DNA of 64,000 nucleotides. Origin: a virus. Below, piece after piece: positions 27,905-37,609 of the stretch (its first letter is position 1; every line of letters begins with the position of its first letter). Position numbers and translations under genes: made by a program. The stretch spans positions 19,141-83,140 of IMG/VR virus record IMGVR_UViG_3300050014_000073, one strand, 5' to 3'. The notes beneath the pieces were generated by a model. The model searched no databases. It saw only the letters and a program-made list of their open reading frames with translations, and was not told where the DNA came from.

Positions 27905-28600
27905 GTGGTATATATGCGGCGGTTGATTCCATTTCTTCTGCTGGCGTCTGGTTCACTCATGGCACAGACGCCAGTAGGGCCTGGGCAGGTTGGCACGATG
28001 TACTGCATGGCTGTTCAACGGGCAGTCTGTGTGCTTCCGCCTGCTAACTGCCCGCCAGCACAGGTGCAGACGTATTGCTATCAGTATCCCGCAAACCCAA
28101 CTTGGGTGCTGGTTCATAACTCTATCGACAGTCTTCCTGCTAGCGGCGGATCGTTGACGGTCTCGTTTAATTGGGCGAGTGACCTCATCACTTGGTATTT
28201 TGTCTTGTCCGGCCCGGGCGATGGCGGAGGCACTGTAACTGCGCCAGCAGCCTTGGAATGGGAATACACGGCTGACCAAGATCCTATCCAGTATGGAATC
28301 TTCGGTCCGTTGACTTCCGCCGCTTGCGTCAGTACGCTTTGCACAGTCTACACGGACGCCTACGGCGCTGACATGATGGTGGGGATCGGGGCTTATCCAG
28401 CGGGAGTCAGCGGGCCGAGTTCGTTGGTCATTTTAGCTGGGTCCACTACGGCGCAGTTCACTATTGTGTTTGCGGGCACTCCGGTAGTGGTAAGTCCTAC
28501 AGTGACAAATTGGAACTATGGGGCGCTGCCGGGAAGCAATATGCTTTATACCCCTGGGCCAAACTTCCAGCCTACAGTATGGATGGGTGGAGTAAATTGA
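27905..28600 (+). CDS. exported protein with signal peptide
   Basis: MRRLIPFLLLASGSLMA|Q. Confidence 0.6.
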   Translation: MVYMRRLIPFLLLASGSLMAQTPVGPGQVGTMYCMAVQRAVCVLPPANCPPAQVQTYCYQYPANPTWVLVHNSIDSLPASGGSLTVSFNWASDLITWYFVLSGPGDGGGTVTAPAALEWEYTADQDPIQYGIFGPLTSAACVSTLCTVYTDAYGADMMVGIGAYPAGVSGPSSLVILAGSTTAQFTIVFAGTPVVVSPTVTNWNYGALPGSNMLYTPGPNFQPTVWMGGVN

Positions 28601-28905
28601 AGAACATTCGTACCTGTGTTAAGTGTGGCCATCCGTTTCCTGCTTTTCAGCGTGAATCGAAATGTCAGCCTTGTAAGCAAGTTCCTGGCACGGTAGTTTG
28701 TCCCCCAGGAAGGGAGATGGGGATATTGGCGCTGCTTGAAACTGGAGCGACCAATAAAGAGATTGGCGCCGCACTGGCTCTTACTAAGGGGGCTATCAAG
28801 CAGTATATAATGGGTCTGCGTGTAAAATACCAATGCAAGAATCGCACAGACCTCGCGGTACACTTTGCGACTGGAACGCTTCTTAAGGAGAACACCAATG
28901 CATAA
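28597..28905 (+). CDS. Zn-ribbon + LuxR-type HTH regulator
   Basis: CVKC...CQPC, then REMGILALLETGATNKEIGAALALTKGAIKQYI...KNRTDLA. Confidence 0.8.
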   Translation: MKNIRTCVKCGHPFPAFQRESKCQPCKQVPGTVVCPPGREMGILALLETGATNKEIGAALALTKGAIKQYIMGLRVKYQCKNRTDLAVHFATGTLLKENTNA

Positions 28906-29422
28906 GTTTTCTATTTTCGCCGCCGTTGCTCTGCTCCTGCCGCTCGTAGGATGCAATGCTCCAGTCGTCACGGCTGTCACTCAGGCGACTATCGACAACG
29001 CTGCTCTAATCGCGTTGCTCTCAGACCCGAACCTTACATCCGTGCAGAAAACCGAAGTGATGAACTACGCTCAGGCAGCCTCAGTCGCTGTCGGGCAGGT
29101 GAGCATCATTCTGGCAGCAGGCGGGACCGCTGCGCAGATGAGTTTGGAGATTGCGTCGGCGCTGGCGCCGGTCGCTTCTCCGCTTCTGCCAGGACTGCCT
29201 GCGGATATCGTGACAGCCATCGGGTATGAGGCGCGGGACATTCAAGCTATCCTGACGGCCTACGGCGTGCCCGTGGCAGCAACAGCGTCCAGCGCACGCA
29301 CCGCAACGGTACAGACACAAGGCAAGGTTATCAATCTCAGTTCCGGAGACATTGCCAATCTGAAGGCAGCACATGCCAAGGTAGTGTTGAATGAGGCAGC
29401 CATCGCACAGGCAAAGAAATGA
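28898..29422 (+). CDS. lipoprotein
   Basis: MHKFSIFAAVALLLPLVG|C lipobox. Confidence 0.7.
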   Translation: MHKFSIFAAVALLLPLVGCNAPVVTAVTQATIDNAALIALLSDPNLTSVQKTEVMNYAQAASVAVGQVSIILAAGGTAAQMSLEIASALAPVASPLLPGLPADIVTAIGYEARDIQAILTAYGVPVAATASSARTATVQTQGKVINLSSGDIANLKAAHAKVVLNEAAIAQAKK

Positions 29423-29988
29423 AATCTTCTCTACTCATCTTCATTGTCCCTCTCGTTGCCTTTGGGCAGACCTCTGGTTCTGGTATTCCTGTCCCGAACC
29501 CACCCGCTGTGCCGCAGTTCACGCAGCTCGTGGTTGGGACCGTGTACGACCAGCTCTATGGCTGGCGAGCCGCCTTCGCCGGTCTGCTTCCAGTGTCTAA
29601 GGGTTTCTGGTTCGCGGTCACAGCACTCGTGTCCCCAGAGCACTTGAACGACCCGAATACAGGTACGCGTGTGATGAGTCTGACTTCTACATTGTATGCG
29701 GAAGGCTATAAGTCACTCTACACGGGTCACAAGTTCAGTGCATGGATTGGTAGTGGCCTTCGTGTTAATATATCAAACTCTGGACAGGTTCAATCATTGA
29801 ATGGTTCTACCGGACTGAACCCTCCGATTAGCACGATGGTCCGCTATGCCATAAGCAGCAAGTGGTCCGTGGATGTCGGCACTCGAACTACGTACATCTC
29901 ACCGCCCAACGGGAGCACTGCGAAGGGCTGGTGGGACTTCGCTCTAACGACAGGGATTGGGTACGACCTCCCGAAATCGCTGAACTAG
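29419..29988 (+). CDS. exported, possibly outer-membrane beta-barrel-like protein
   Basis: Signal peptide MKSSLLIFIVPLVAFG|Q; amphipathic strands ending FALTTGIGYDL. Confidence 0.5.
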   Translation: MKSSLLIFIVPLVAFGQTSGSGIPVPNPPAVPQFTQLVVGTVYDQLYGWRAAFAGLLPVSKGFWFAVTALVSPEHLNDPNTGTRVMSLTSTLYAEGYKSLYTGHKFSAWIGSGLRVNISNSGQVQSLNGSTGLNPPISTMVRYAISSKWSVDVGTRTTYISPPNGSTAKGWWDFALTTGIGYDLPKSLN

Positions 29989-29997
29989 GATAAGTAC

Positions 29998-31002
29998 ATG
30001 GACCCGCTTAATCTTGAAGTCATCCAAGCTGCAGTCAAGACCGTCAACGAGAACACCATCCCGCTTCTCGAAGCAGCGTTCGCTAGGCAGCTGGCGCAGG
30101 CGACGAAGGACATGACCGACGTTGTGGATCGTGCCAACGTGCAGATAGCGAACCAGGTTCAGGGAGCACTGATTGGCTTTCAGGCAGTAGCTGACAAGGC
30201 CGCAAAGGATCATGCCCCAGAATCCGGCGCTCTGGTGCTCCGGCCACGATGGCGAGGCGGTGGGGGCCGTGCCGTTCTGCGCGGGCGGGAAGGTGCTGCT
30301 GGGGACGATGGGGGCGTTATGAAGCAGGAGAGCACAATGGTAAACACAACGGACATTCCGAACCTGCCGAGTTTCGATGAGCAGATCCGCGACTTGACCG
30401 GCCGCCAGGGGGATCTCCAGCGCGAGATCGACAACCTCAGCGAAGATTATCGGAGTGAGATCGACATACTGGTTTCTTCAAAGCAAACCATCCAAGCAAA
30501 GATAGATCGCTGCCGGTCTGAGGAGGACGCCCGTAAGGAAGGTGGATGGCGTTGCCCGCTTTGCGGAAACCGATACAGCTTTGCGGATGGGGTTCGTTAT
30601 CTCACGGCTTCCAAGGTTTGCCCGTGTCCAGAGATGCCTGCGGGAATCCGCACGGTGCGCGAAAGAAGGAATCAGCAGGTTCTCCAGTGCAACGTCGGTT
30701 ATCAGACGGGCGTTGACCATACCGTCGGGGCACAGAAACATCACGGCGAGACACCGACGCTATGGGCAAAGGTCCGCCTGAAAGACGGGGGCGAATGGGA
30801 GTCGGGAGGAATCCTGAGCGTTCACCCCGCGGCTGATGTCAACCTCCAGTTCGATAAGCCCAACAACCTCGGGGTTGTGTTCTTTCTGGATAAAATCGAG
30901 TCGGTCACGCTTCGGGTTGAACGGGAGCCCACGAGCTTGGGAGCAGGCGGTTATGACTGCCGTTCCGACATTGATGGAGAGGATACGTTAGGAAGTAGGT
31001 AA
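29998..31002 (+). CDS. chimeric hypothetical ORF, probably two genes read through
   Basis: Helical N-part, a low-plausibility linker, then an internal AGGAG-N-ATG (30337) before a coiled coil + CPLC...CPC part. Confidence 0.45.
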   Translation: MDPLNLEVIQAAVKTVNENTIPLLEAAFARQLAQATKDMTDVVDRANVQIANQVQGALIGFQAVADKAAKDHAPESGALVLRPRWRGGGGRAVLRGREGAAGDDGGVMKQESTMVNTTDIPNLPSFDEQIRDLTGRQGDLQREIDNLSEDYRSEIDILVSSKQTIQAKIDRCRSEEDARKEGGWRCPLCGNRYSFADGVRYLTASKVCPCPEMPAGIRTVRERRNQQVLQCNVGYQTGVDHTVGAQKHHGETPTLWAKVRLKDGGEWESGGILSVHPAADVNLQFDKPNNLGVVFFLDKIESVTLRVEREPTSLGAGGYDCRSDIDGEDTLGSR

Positions 31003-31902
31003 GTGCGATACATTATTTCAATTCAAGGGGGTGGCCTTCGTGGCATCATCCCCTGCCTGGCACTAGCCAAACTCGAAGCCCAAACCGGGATGCTTACGCG
31101 TGATTGGATCACGAGGCATGATGGCCTTATTGCAGGCACTTCAACTGGCGCTCTACTGGCTGCGTGTGTGGCCTGTGGCGTTCCGGCCGCCGATGCCTTG
31201 AAGGTCTACACCGAACAGGGCGCCAAAGTGTTCAGCCCGACGAATGACGTGGAACGTAAAGTCAGGCTCGTCGTCACTGGCCACCAGTTTGACAATCAGG
31301 TACTCGCGTCGGTCGTGAGGAACACATTGAAGTTTGATCCTATTCTCAACGACTTGCCGATTAGGGTGCTCATCACAGCCACGGCCATGGACGGGAATCC
31401 TTGGTATTTCGTCCGAGATAACCCGAACAATTCCCAGGTGATTGGAACGTACAAGTTGGCAGACGCCGCGATAGCTTCTGCTTGCGCTACGACGTATCAC
31501 GCGCCTTGGCCGATTGATGGTCTTGGCTGGTTTGCGGATGGTGGGTGCGGTGGGTTGTGCGACCCAGTCTACCAGGCTGCGGTGGAAGCGTTCTACTATG
31601 ATGCGTTTGATCCAGCGCAAACGCGGATTATCAGCCTGGGGACAGGTTGCTTACCGGCGAACACGCAACCGAAACCTCCGAGTGACCTACTAGAGAACAT
31701 CTCTTGGGTGATTGATGCTTTGCTGGGTGATTCCAAGACGTTCGCAGAACAGGCGGTGGATCGGCACTGGCCGGATCTATTGACAGTCTTCAATCCTCAG
31801 CTTCCTTACAGCATCGATGAAGCTGAAGTTAACCAGATCCCGACATTGTTGAAGATAGGACAGGCAGCAGCGGACAAGATGGACTGGAGCATATTTTCAT
31901 GA
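31003..31902 (+). CDS. patatin-like phospholipase
   Basis: ISIQGGGLRG, GTSTG nucleophile elbow, ADGG, ISLGTG. Confidence 0.92.
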   Translation: MRYIISIQGGGLRGIIPCLALAKLEAQTGMLTRDWITRHDGLIAGTSTGALLAACVACGVPAADALKVYTEQGAKVFSPTNDVERKVRLVVTGHQFDNQVLASVVRNTLKFDPILNDLPIRVLITATAMDGNPWYFVRDNPNNSQVIGTYKLADAAIASACATTYHAPWPIDGLGWFADGGCGGLCDPVYQAAVEAFYYDAFDPAQTRIISLGTGCLPANTQPKPPSDLLENISWVIDALLGDSKTFAEQAVDRHWPDLLTVFNPQLPYSIDEAEVNQIPTLLKIGQAAADKMDWSIFS

Positions 31903-32213
31903 ACGGCAACGGCAACATGAAAGCAAGCTCCTGGGTAGTGCTCGAATGCCTGATCATCTTAGCCGTGCTGGGTGGTGCGTGTTTCTTCGTGACTCCGAAA
32001 TATGAGGCAGGCGTGTCCATCGTTCTCGGTGCGGTAATCGCGGTTCTCAATCATCAGATGGGATCGGTTGCGGGCGGCAAGCTGCCTGAGCAGATTGGTT
32101 CCCCGCAACCCGGCCAAACATCACAGACAGATACCCACACGCAGTCCACGGAACCAGCACCGGCGCATCTTCCCCCGAATCCTCAATCTGAAAGCCTTCA
32201 CAACCCTCAATGA
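31899..32213 (+). CDS. small 2-TM protein (holin-like)
   Basis: Two hydrophobic segments followed by a polar tail. Confidence 0.5.
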   Translation: MNGNGNMKASSWVVLECLIILAVLGGACFFVTPKYEAGVSIVLGAVIAVLNHQMGSVAGGKLPEQIGSPQPGQTSQTDTHTQSTEPAPAHLPPNPQSESLHNPQ

Positions 32214-32440
32214 CGCCTTCAAACAGCGATGTTGAAAAATTAGCGTTCCCAGTCTGTCCTTACTGCGGAGCCGATCCGATGAACATCTCCAGTCTTCCGT
32301 TCAATATTGGACCTGCTCAGTTCCTAATAATCTTCTGCGGAAATGATGCCTGCCGGAAGCATCTGAGTATGCAGATGGTTGGTGTGCAGCAGACGGATAT
32401 TCTGACTCCCTTTCACCGTGGCCCGAAGCTGGTAGTGTAG
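32210..32440 (+). CDS. small Zn-ribbon protein
   Basis: CPYC...CGNDAC. Confidence 0.55.
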   Translation: MTPSNSDVEKLAFPVCPYCGADPMNISSLPFNIGPAQFLIIFCGNDACRKHLSMQMVGVQQTDILTPFHRGPKLVV

Positions 32441-32469
32441 CCCCCTTCAGAAAAACAGGTAGAAACTCC

Positions 32470-34053
32470 ATGGCACTCACTGACAGAATCGTGAAGTCCT
32501 TTAGTGGGCCAGTCTATTCTGGGACCGGTCAGGAGTTTACTCCGATTCCGGGAAGCGAGTACAGTGCTCTTCCTAAGACTCCTCCGTTTTCGGAAATTGG
32601 CGTTTCTGGAGTTCTCAGGACTCGCGGCGTCGGGTATCTATACGAGGAATGGTTAGCTTCTCTATCCACTTCTCGAGGCAAGATGGTCTACCGTGAGATG
32701 CGGGACAACGACGCGGTTATTGGGTCGATGTTCTTCGCTCTCGAAATGATTCTCCGCCGCGCTCAGTGGCATATGGAACCCGGACCCGGAAAGAAAGGCG
32801 ACGACTACGGACAGTTCATTGATGAGTGCTTCAACGATATGAGCCATACGTTCGAGGACTTCATTGCTGAGTGCGTCAACATGTTTGTCTTCGGGTATTC
32901 ACTGTTCGAGACAGTCTACAAACGCCGCCAGGGACCCAAAGGAAAGAAAGCTTCCAAGTTCGACGATGGGTTGATCGGCTGGAGGAAGTTTGCCCCTCGC
33001 GCTCAAGAGAGCATCCTCTACTGGATTTGGGATGACGAAGGAGGACTGCAAGGTGCCGTTCAGCTTGCTGCTCCCGATTACCATACCGTCCCGATCCCAA
33101 TCTCGAGATTGCTTCTCTTCCGCACAACTTCTGTCAAGAACAACCCTGAAGGGCGGTCTCTTCTCCGTAACTGCTTCCGAAGCTGGTTCTTCAAACGCCG
33201 TATTGAAGAGGTTGAGGGGATTGGTATTGAGCGCGACCTTTGCGGCATTCCAGTATTGTACGCAAGCGCTGAAGCTCTCGCTGCAATGGGAGGACAAGCT
33301 GCTGCTGAGAAGTTGGTTAGTAACATCCGAGTTGATGACCAGGCCGGAATCATCCTCCCGTTGGCGTTTGACGAGAAGGGGAATCAGCTTGTTAAGATTG
33401 AACTGATGCGGACTGCCGGTCAGAAGCAGATGAATCCGTCGGAGACAATCGGACGTTATAACTCCGACATGTTGAATACTATGTTGGCAGGGTTCGTTCA
33501 GTTCGGACAGACGTCAGTTGGATCTCGGGCGCTTCACATGAGCGCCACACAGATCTTCAGTCTGGCGATCACGGCATTCATGGACTCAATTGCAGCAATC
33601 ATCAACCGTATTGCGATTCCCCGGCTGATGGCAATGAACTCGATGGACCTCTCGTCCGCGCCAAAGCTGGTTCCTGGTGAAATCGGGGTTCGTGATCTCG
33701 AAGAACTGAGTCAGTATGTTTATCAGTTGAGTCAGTCAGGTCTGACGTTCTTCGACAAGGAAACTACCAACTACCTTCGGAAGACTGCACGCCTGCCTGA
33801 AATGCCTGAGGACGACGAAGCCGGACCGGAAGAGAATCCGAATCAGGCTCCTCCTCCCCAACTGACTCCTGATCAGCAAGCTCAAGCACAAGTACAAGGT
33901 GAACCTCCAGATCCCAACGCACCTCCAGCTCCGGCAGCTCCCAGTGCTGCGTCTCCGAAAACACCTCCGGCGCTGAAGCCGAAGAAGCCGATTGCGGCAA
34001 CTCCGCCTTCCAGTCAAGCTTCTGCTGGTGAAAAACTTAGGCAAACCGCGTGA
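32470..34053 (+). CDS. portal protein (DUF935/Mu gp29-like)
   Basis: YREMRDNDAVI, GYSLFETVYKRR, NNPEGRSLLRNC...GIERDL.GIPV, GSRAL, IPRLMAMN...PKL; position ahead of the head genes. Confidence 0.88.
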   Translation: MALTDRIVKSFSGPVYSGTGQEFTPIPGSEYSALPKTPPFSEIGVSGVLRTRGVGYLYEEWLASLSTSRGKMVYREMRDNDAVIGSMFFALEMILRRAQWHMEPGPGKKGDDYGQFIDECFNDMSHTFEDFIAECVNMFVFGYSLFETVYKRRQGPKGKKASKFDDGLIGWRKFAPRAQESILYWIWDDEGGLQGAVQLAAPDYHTVPIPISRLLLFRTTSVKNNPEGRSLLRNCFRSWFFKRRIEEVEGIGIERDLCGIPVLYASAEALAAMGGQAAAEKLVSNIRVDDQAGIILPLAFDEKGNQLVKIELMRTAGQKQMNPSETIGRYNSDMLNTMLAGFVQFGQTSVGSRALHMSATQIFSLAITAFMDSIAAIINRIAIPRLMAMNSMDLSSAPKLVPGEIGVRDLEELSQYVYQLSQSGLTFFDKETTNYLRKTARLPEMPEDDEAGPEENPNQAPPPQLTPDQQAQAQVQGEPPDPNAPPAPAAPSAASPKTPPALKPKKPIAATPPSSQASAGEKLRQTA

Positions 34054-34060
34054 CGAGCTC

Positions 34061-34190
34061 GAAATGGACCGCTACAGTCGTAAAACTGAGTGCTACGGGT
34101 CGCTAGGGCAGCTTGCAAGGGTCTAACTAGTATATTTCATAGGGTAGCCGGTCAGAGACCGTCCTAGGGTCGCTAAACACCTCGTAATTA
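34061..34190. repeat. reference copy of a dispersed ~120-bp repeat family (other copies near 14085-14180, 22540-22640, 47625-47745 inverted, 55040-55165 inverted)
   Basis: Exact shared blocks: 34161-34180 = 14157-14176; 34081-34107 = revcomp 55106-55132; 34130-34144 = revcomp 47662-47676; 22560-22582 = revcomp 55099-55121. Confidence 0.85.
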
Positions 34191-34192
34191 CA

Positions 34193-34672
34193 ATGCCAGT
34201 CAAAATGAGATTCCGGACCGACGGTTGGCACTACGCTAACTTGAAAACTCATGGCTGGACGCGGGAGAGGTTCGTTGCTGAGATGCATCACGAGCCTGAT
34301 TACATCAATACGTTTGAAGCAACTCCTATTGCAGAACCCGGCGATGTCTGGAGGATGTACTGGTACAAAGAAAACGGCGATCGCCCCTTGAATGGATACG
34401 CCATCTGTTGCATCAAGTGCGGTCACGTTCATCTATGGGGAACGGCGGGCAACTGCCAGACTGATGTTCAGGAAGTTCACTACAAGGACGATGCTGGGAA
34501 CGCCAAGTCGTATAAGTCTTGTGTGCATAAGCGGACTGGAACCGGGTCGTGCTGGAACTGGACGGGATGCGCGGAAGACAACACTCTTGATTGTAAGCCT
34601 TCCTTGTTAGTGACGCACAGCGATTGCAACTTCCACGGATTTCTTGATAATGGAATGCTGAGATTTTGTTAG
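34193..34672 (+). CDS. Cys/His-rich hypothetical protein
   Basis: CCIKC..H...CKPSLLV...CNFHGFLDNG. Confidence 0.6.
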   Translation: MPVKMRFRTDGWHYANLKTHGWTRERFVAEMHHEPDYINTFEATPIAEPGDVWRMYWYKENGDRPLNGYAICCIKCGHVHLWGTAGNCQTDVQEVHYKDDAGNAKSYKSCVHKRTGTGSCWNWTGCAEDNTLDCKPSLLVTHSDCNFHGFLDNGMLRFC

Positions 34673-34692
34673 AGAGGAGGTGAAAAGCAAAA

Positions 34693-34986
34693 ATGGAAAG
34701 ACCTGACTTGTCGGGACTTCTAGTTGGAGGCAGGGTTATTTATGTTGATCCTGTTGCAGTCCAGCATGAAGCTCTGGTGACAACTGTTTTCGGCGATCCT
34801 TCAACTTGCGTTCCTTGCGTAAATGTCGTCTATGTTTCCGACGAAGAGAAGATGCAAGATCCGTATGGACGGCAGATCGCGCGTCAGTCGTCACTTTGTC
34901 ATCGGTCTGTCAATCCGGCACATGGGAACTATTACATGATGCCTGGCGATGAACCGAATTTGATCCAAGAAGCCTTTCAGAAGTAG
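34693..34986 (+). CDS. hypothetical phage protein
   Basis: Strong AGGAGG RBS; 97 aa. Confidence 0.6.
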   Translation: MERPDLSGLLVGGRVIYVDPVAVQHEALVTTVFGDPSTCVPCVNVVYVSDEEKMQDPYGRQIARQSSLCHRSVNPAHGNYYMMPGDEPNLIQEAFQK

Positions 34987-35059
34987 GATCATTTAGGTTA
35001 TCTGCGGAACCGATGAGGGACCACAAGCAGATAGCCTCCAAATTGCTTTTCACAATTCC

Positions 35060-36061
35060 ATGCCTCTCTCTTTCATCCGAAAAGCCAAAGCCACCGACGC
35101 AGTACTGCAAGCTGCGTCGCGTATGGAAGCTTCGCTGGCGCAGGCTTTTCTGGACGCCGTCGACGCGATGCAGGACGACGTTGCTCTTACCAAGCTCTCT
35201 GCTGCTATCGAAGCTGGTGACATGAACCAGGCTCTGGCGATTATGGCAGTGGATCAGGGGTTCGTACAGGCGCTTCAGGGGAAGGGACTTGAAGCCGGAG
35301 TGAAATCATTCCGAGATGCCGTTCAAGCAACGTTTGCAGCGGGAGCTCAAGCAGCTATTACTCAACTCCCGAAATCCGTATCATTGGATCTGGCATTCAA
35401 CTTGATGAGTCCCGAAGCGATCAATCATCTTGAGACATACTCGTTCAGCCTCATCCAGCAGATCTCCGAACAGACTCGTGAAGCAATTCGACAGACGATC
35501 TTGCGGGCATTCAAAGAGGGTGGTCATCCTTACGAACAAGCGCGCAGCATTCGGAACGTCATTGGACTGACGGCGCGACAAGAGCAAGCTGTAGCGAACT
35601 ACGAAGCTTCGTTGTCTGGGAACTCTGCTACACGAGACGCCCTGACTCGTGCTCTCCGAGACGGAAGGTTCGACTCAACGGTTGCCCGTTCAATCACCAA
35701 CCAGACTCCGCTGTCTCAAGCCCAGGTTGACAAGATGGTTGACCGATACCGAAGTCGGTTCATTGACTATCGGGCAAAGACCATTGCGAGAACAGAGTCC
35801 GTGCGAGCTTCAAATCTAGGACAACGAGAAGTCTGGCGTCAGGCAAAGCAACAGGGATTGATCGAAGAGGATCAGAAGCGGGTCTGGATCACTTCAGGCG
35901 ACGACAAAACTTGCGATGACTGCGCCGGTCTTGACGGAACTGAAGTCGGTCTTGATGAAGAGTTTGAGGATGGAGTCATGGACCCACCTGACCCCCATCC
36001 GGATTGCCGGTGTACTACTGCTCTATCAATTAAGAAACGGGACTCATTACGAGTTGCATAA
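35060..36061 (+). CDS. MuF / SPP1 gp7-like head morphogenesis protein
   Basis: RAKTIARTESVRA.N.G, KRVWITSGDDKTCDDC..LDG, PHPDCRC. Confidence 0.9.
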   Translation: MPLSFIRKAKATDAVLQAASRMEASLAQAFLDAVDAMQDDVALTKLSAAIEAGDMNQALAIMAVDQGFVQALQGKGLEAGVKSFRDAVQATFAAGAQAAITQLPKSVSLDLAFNLMSPEAINHLETYSFSLIQQISEQTREAIRQTILRAFKEGGHPYEQARSIRNVIGLTARQEQAVANYEASLSGNSATRDALTRALRDGRFDSTVARSITNQTPLSQAQVDKMVDRYRSRFIDYRAKTIARTESVRASNLGQREVWRQAKQQGLIEEDQKRVWITSGDDKTCDDCAGLDGTEVGLDEEFEDGVMDPPDPHPDCRCTTALSIKKRDSLRVA

Positions 36062-36077
36062 AAGAGGGAGATGAAAA

Positions 36078-36578
36078 ATGATTAATATTTATGATCCGGA
36101 AAACAGAGATGCGCAAAACAAGGATGCATCTCTCGAACCCGAACAGGAGCCCGTCATTCTGGCAAACAACCAGCGCGTCCGTTACGCCATCCATAGCGTT
36201 CCTGAGCACAACATCATCAAGGCAGTTGTGACCTCGTCTGACGCGTCGGCTATCAAAGTCGTTCCCGACGTCAACACGGAACAGGGGACCGTTGCTTCCG
36301 GATTTCTGGTTGGAGGTTACTCAGTTCGACGGAGCGCACTGCCAGGAGGTAGAGAATCTGAAGCACCTCTCGTGGTGGTTTCCGCCGAACTGACTTACGG
36401 AAACGACGGTGTCACGCGAACCATATCACAGACTTTCGGCGTGGAGGACCCGTTCGAAGGAGTTCATGAGTTCACTTTCGGTGAACCAGAACTCACACCG
36501 GCACCTCCGACGGCCGAAGAGTTGCAAGAGAGAGCTTCGCATCCTGCGGAGTTTCCGGTCTCGAAGAATCGGAGATAA
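36078..36578 (+). CDS. hypothetical protein
   Basis: 166-aa ORF with RBS. Confidence 0.55.
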   Translation: MINIYDPENRDAQNKDASLEPEQEPVILANNQRVRYAIHSVPEHNIIKAVVTSSDASAIKVVPDVNTEQGTVASGFLVGGYSVRRSALPGGRESEAPLVVVSAELTYGNDGVTRTISQTFGVEDPFEGVHEFTFGEPELTPAPPTAEELQERASHPAEFPVSKNRR

Positions 36579-36583
36579 TTCCT

Positions 36584-37009
36584 ATGGAGTCCCGTTTCGG
36601 CGGGACTCCGGTTCTTTTATCTGGTATGACTTGTCTTATCTGCTCAGGGAAATGCGTGAAGAACGGGCGCTGGCCTAATGGCGGACAACGCTGGAAGTGT
36701 AAGTCGTGTCGTAAATGGTACAGTGACGAACTCCATCCCATTCCAGGTTTCTACCTGCGACCTGGGCAGATTGTGACATTGAAAAGAAACTTCCTTTATG
36801 GGATTTCCGTTCAGGCAACAGTCGCAGAGTACCAGTATAATGACAGGACTATCCTGAAGTTCTTTCGCTATTGCCATTCTATCGGAATGAAGCGCAGTCA
36901 CTGTCCTTGCGGCCGACCAGCAGGACATCGTGCCTGTTGTAGGGAAATGAGACAGATTCACGACCATCTCACGAAAAGGAAAGGAAAACGAACATGCCAA
37001 CTAGCTTAG
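36584..37009 (+). CDS. InsA-like Zn-ribbon/HTH protein
   Basis: CLIC...VKNG....GQRWKCKSCRK followed by a helical segment. Confidence 0.55.
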   Translation: MESRFGGTPVLLSGMTCLICSGKCVKNGRWPNGGQRWKCKSCRKWYSDELHPIPGFYLRPGQIVTLKRNFLYGISVQATVAEYQYNDRTILKFFRYCHSIGMKRSHCPCGRPAGHRACCREMRQIHDHLTKRKGKRTCQLA

Positions 37010-37167
37010 TTCTTCTGGGCATCATCACACTGGTGCTCCATCTGCTGTTTACGTATCTGCTGCCAGTTCCGAATCCTCCAAGCCGGTACTTCCGTCCGCT
37101 GGTCGCCACAGCGGTGATAATCATCGTACTGCTCCTGTGGTACGTTCTTCCCGTTCACGTCGGGTAA
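36994..37167 (+). CDS. small 2-TM protein, holin candidate
   Basis: Manual translation MPTSLVLLGIITLVLHLLFTYLLPVPNPPSRYFRPLVATAVIIIVLLLWYVLPVHVG*, directly upstream of the hydrolase. Confidence 0.6.
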   Translation: MPTSLVLLGIITLVLHLLFTYLLPVPNPPSRYFRPLVATAVIIIVLLLWYVLPVHVG

Positions 37168-37171
37168 CTAC

Positions 37172-37609
37172 ATGCCCCTCGCTCCACTGAATGAACCTTA
37201 CGCTTCCGATCCTACTCTACTCTTGGCTCTCTGTATCTGGAGAGAAGCAAGAGGGGAGTCGCATGATGCCAAGGTCGGAGTTGCGTCCGTAGTCATGAAC
37301 CGTTGCGTTATGGCCCCCGCTCAAGGCTTCAAGAGGTCCGTAACTGGGAATATTCTCCATCCGTGGGCCTTCAGTTCGTTTATGGAAGGTGACCCGAATG
37401 CAGTGAAGTATCCTGCGAGTGGGGATTCCTCCTGGACTGATTCTCAATTGGTTGCTCAAAACGAAATGCGGAATCATCTCAGTACTGATCCAACGGACGG
37501 AGCCATCTTCTATCACAGTAACGCGGAAGCTCTGCCTCCTCCTAAAGATTGGGGAAACGTGACGTTCACTGGAACCATCGATCATCTCCATTTCTTCAAG
37601 ATTGCCTAA
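37172..37609 (+). CDS. cell wall hydrolase (SleB/CwlJ Hydrolase_2 family), endolysin candidate
   Basis: LALCIWREARGES...VASVVMNR...FSSF...DPTDGAIFYH...IDHLHFF. Confidence 0.9.
   Translation: MPLAPLNEPYASDPTLLLALCIWREARGESHDAKVGVASVVMNRCVMAPAQGFKRSVTGNILHPWAFSSFMEGDPNAVKYPASGDSSWTDSQLVAQNEMRNHLSTDPTDGAIFYHSNAEALPPPKDWGNVTFTGTIDHLHFFKIA

Noticed and set aside
31003-32440. Complete CBASS system
   Set aside because: No CD-NTase cyclase or ancillary cap genes are recognisable nearby.
36584-37009. IS1-like insertion sequence
   Set aside because: Only an InsA-like Zn ribbon/HTH is present; I found no DDE transposase, terminal inverted repeats or target duplication.
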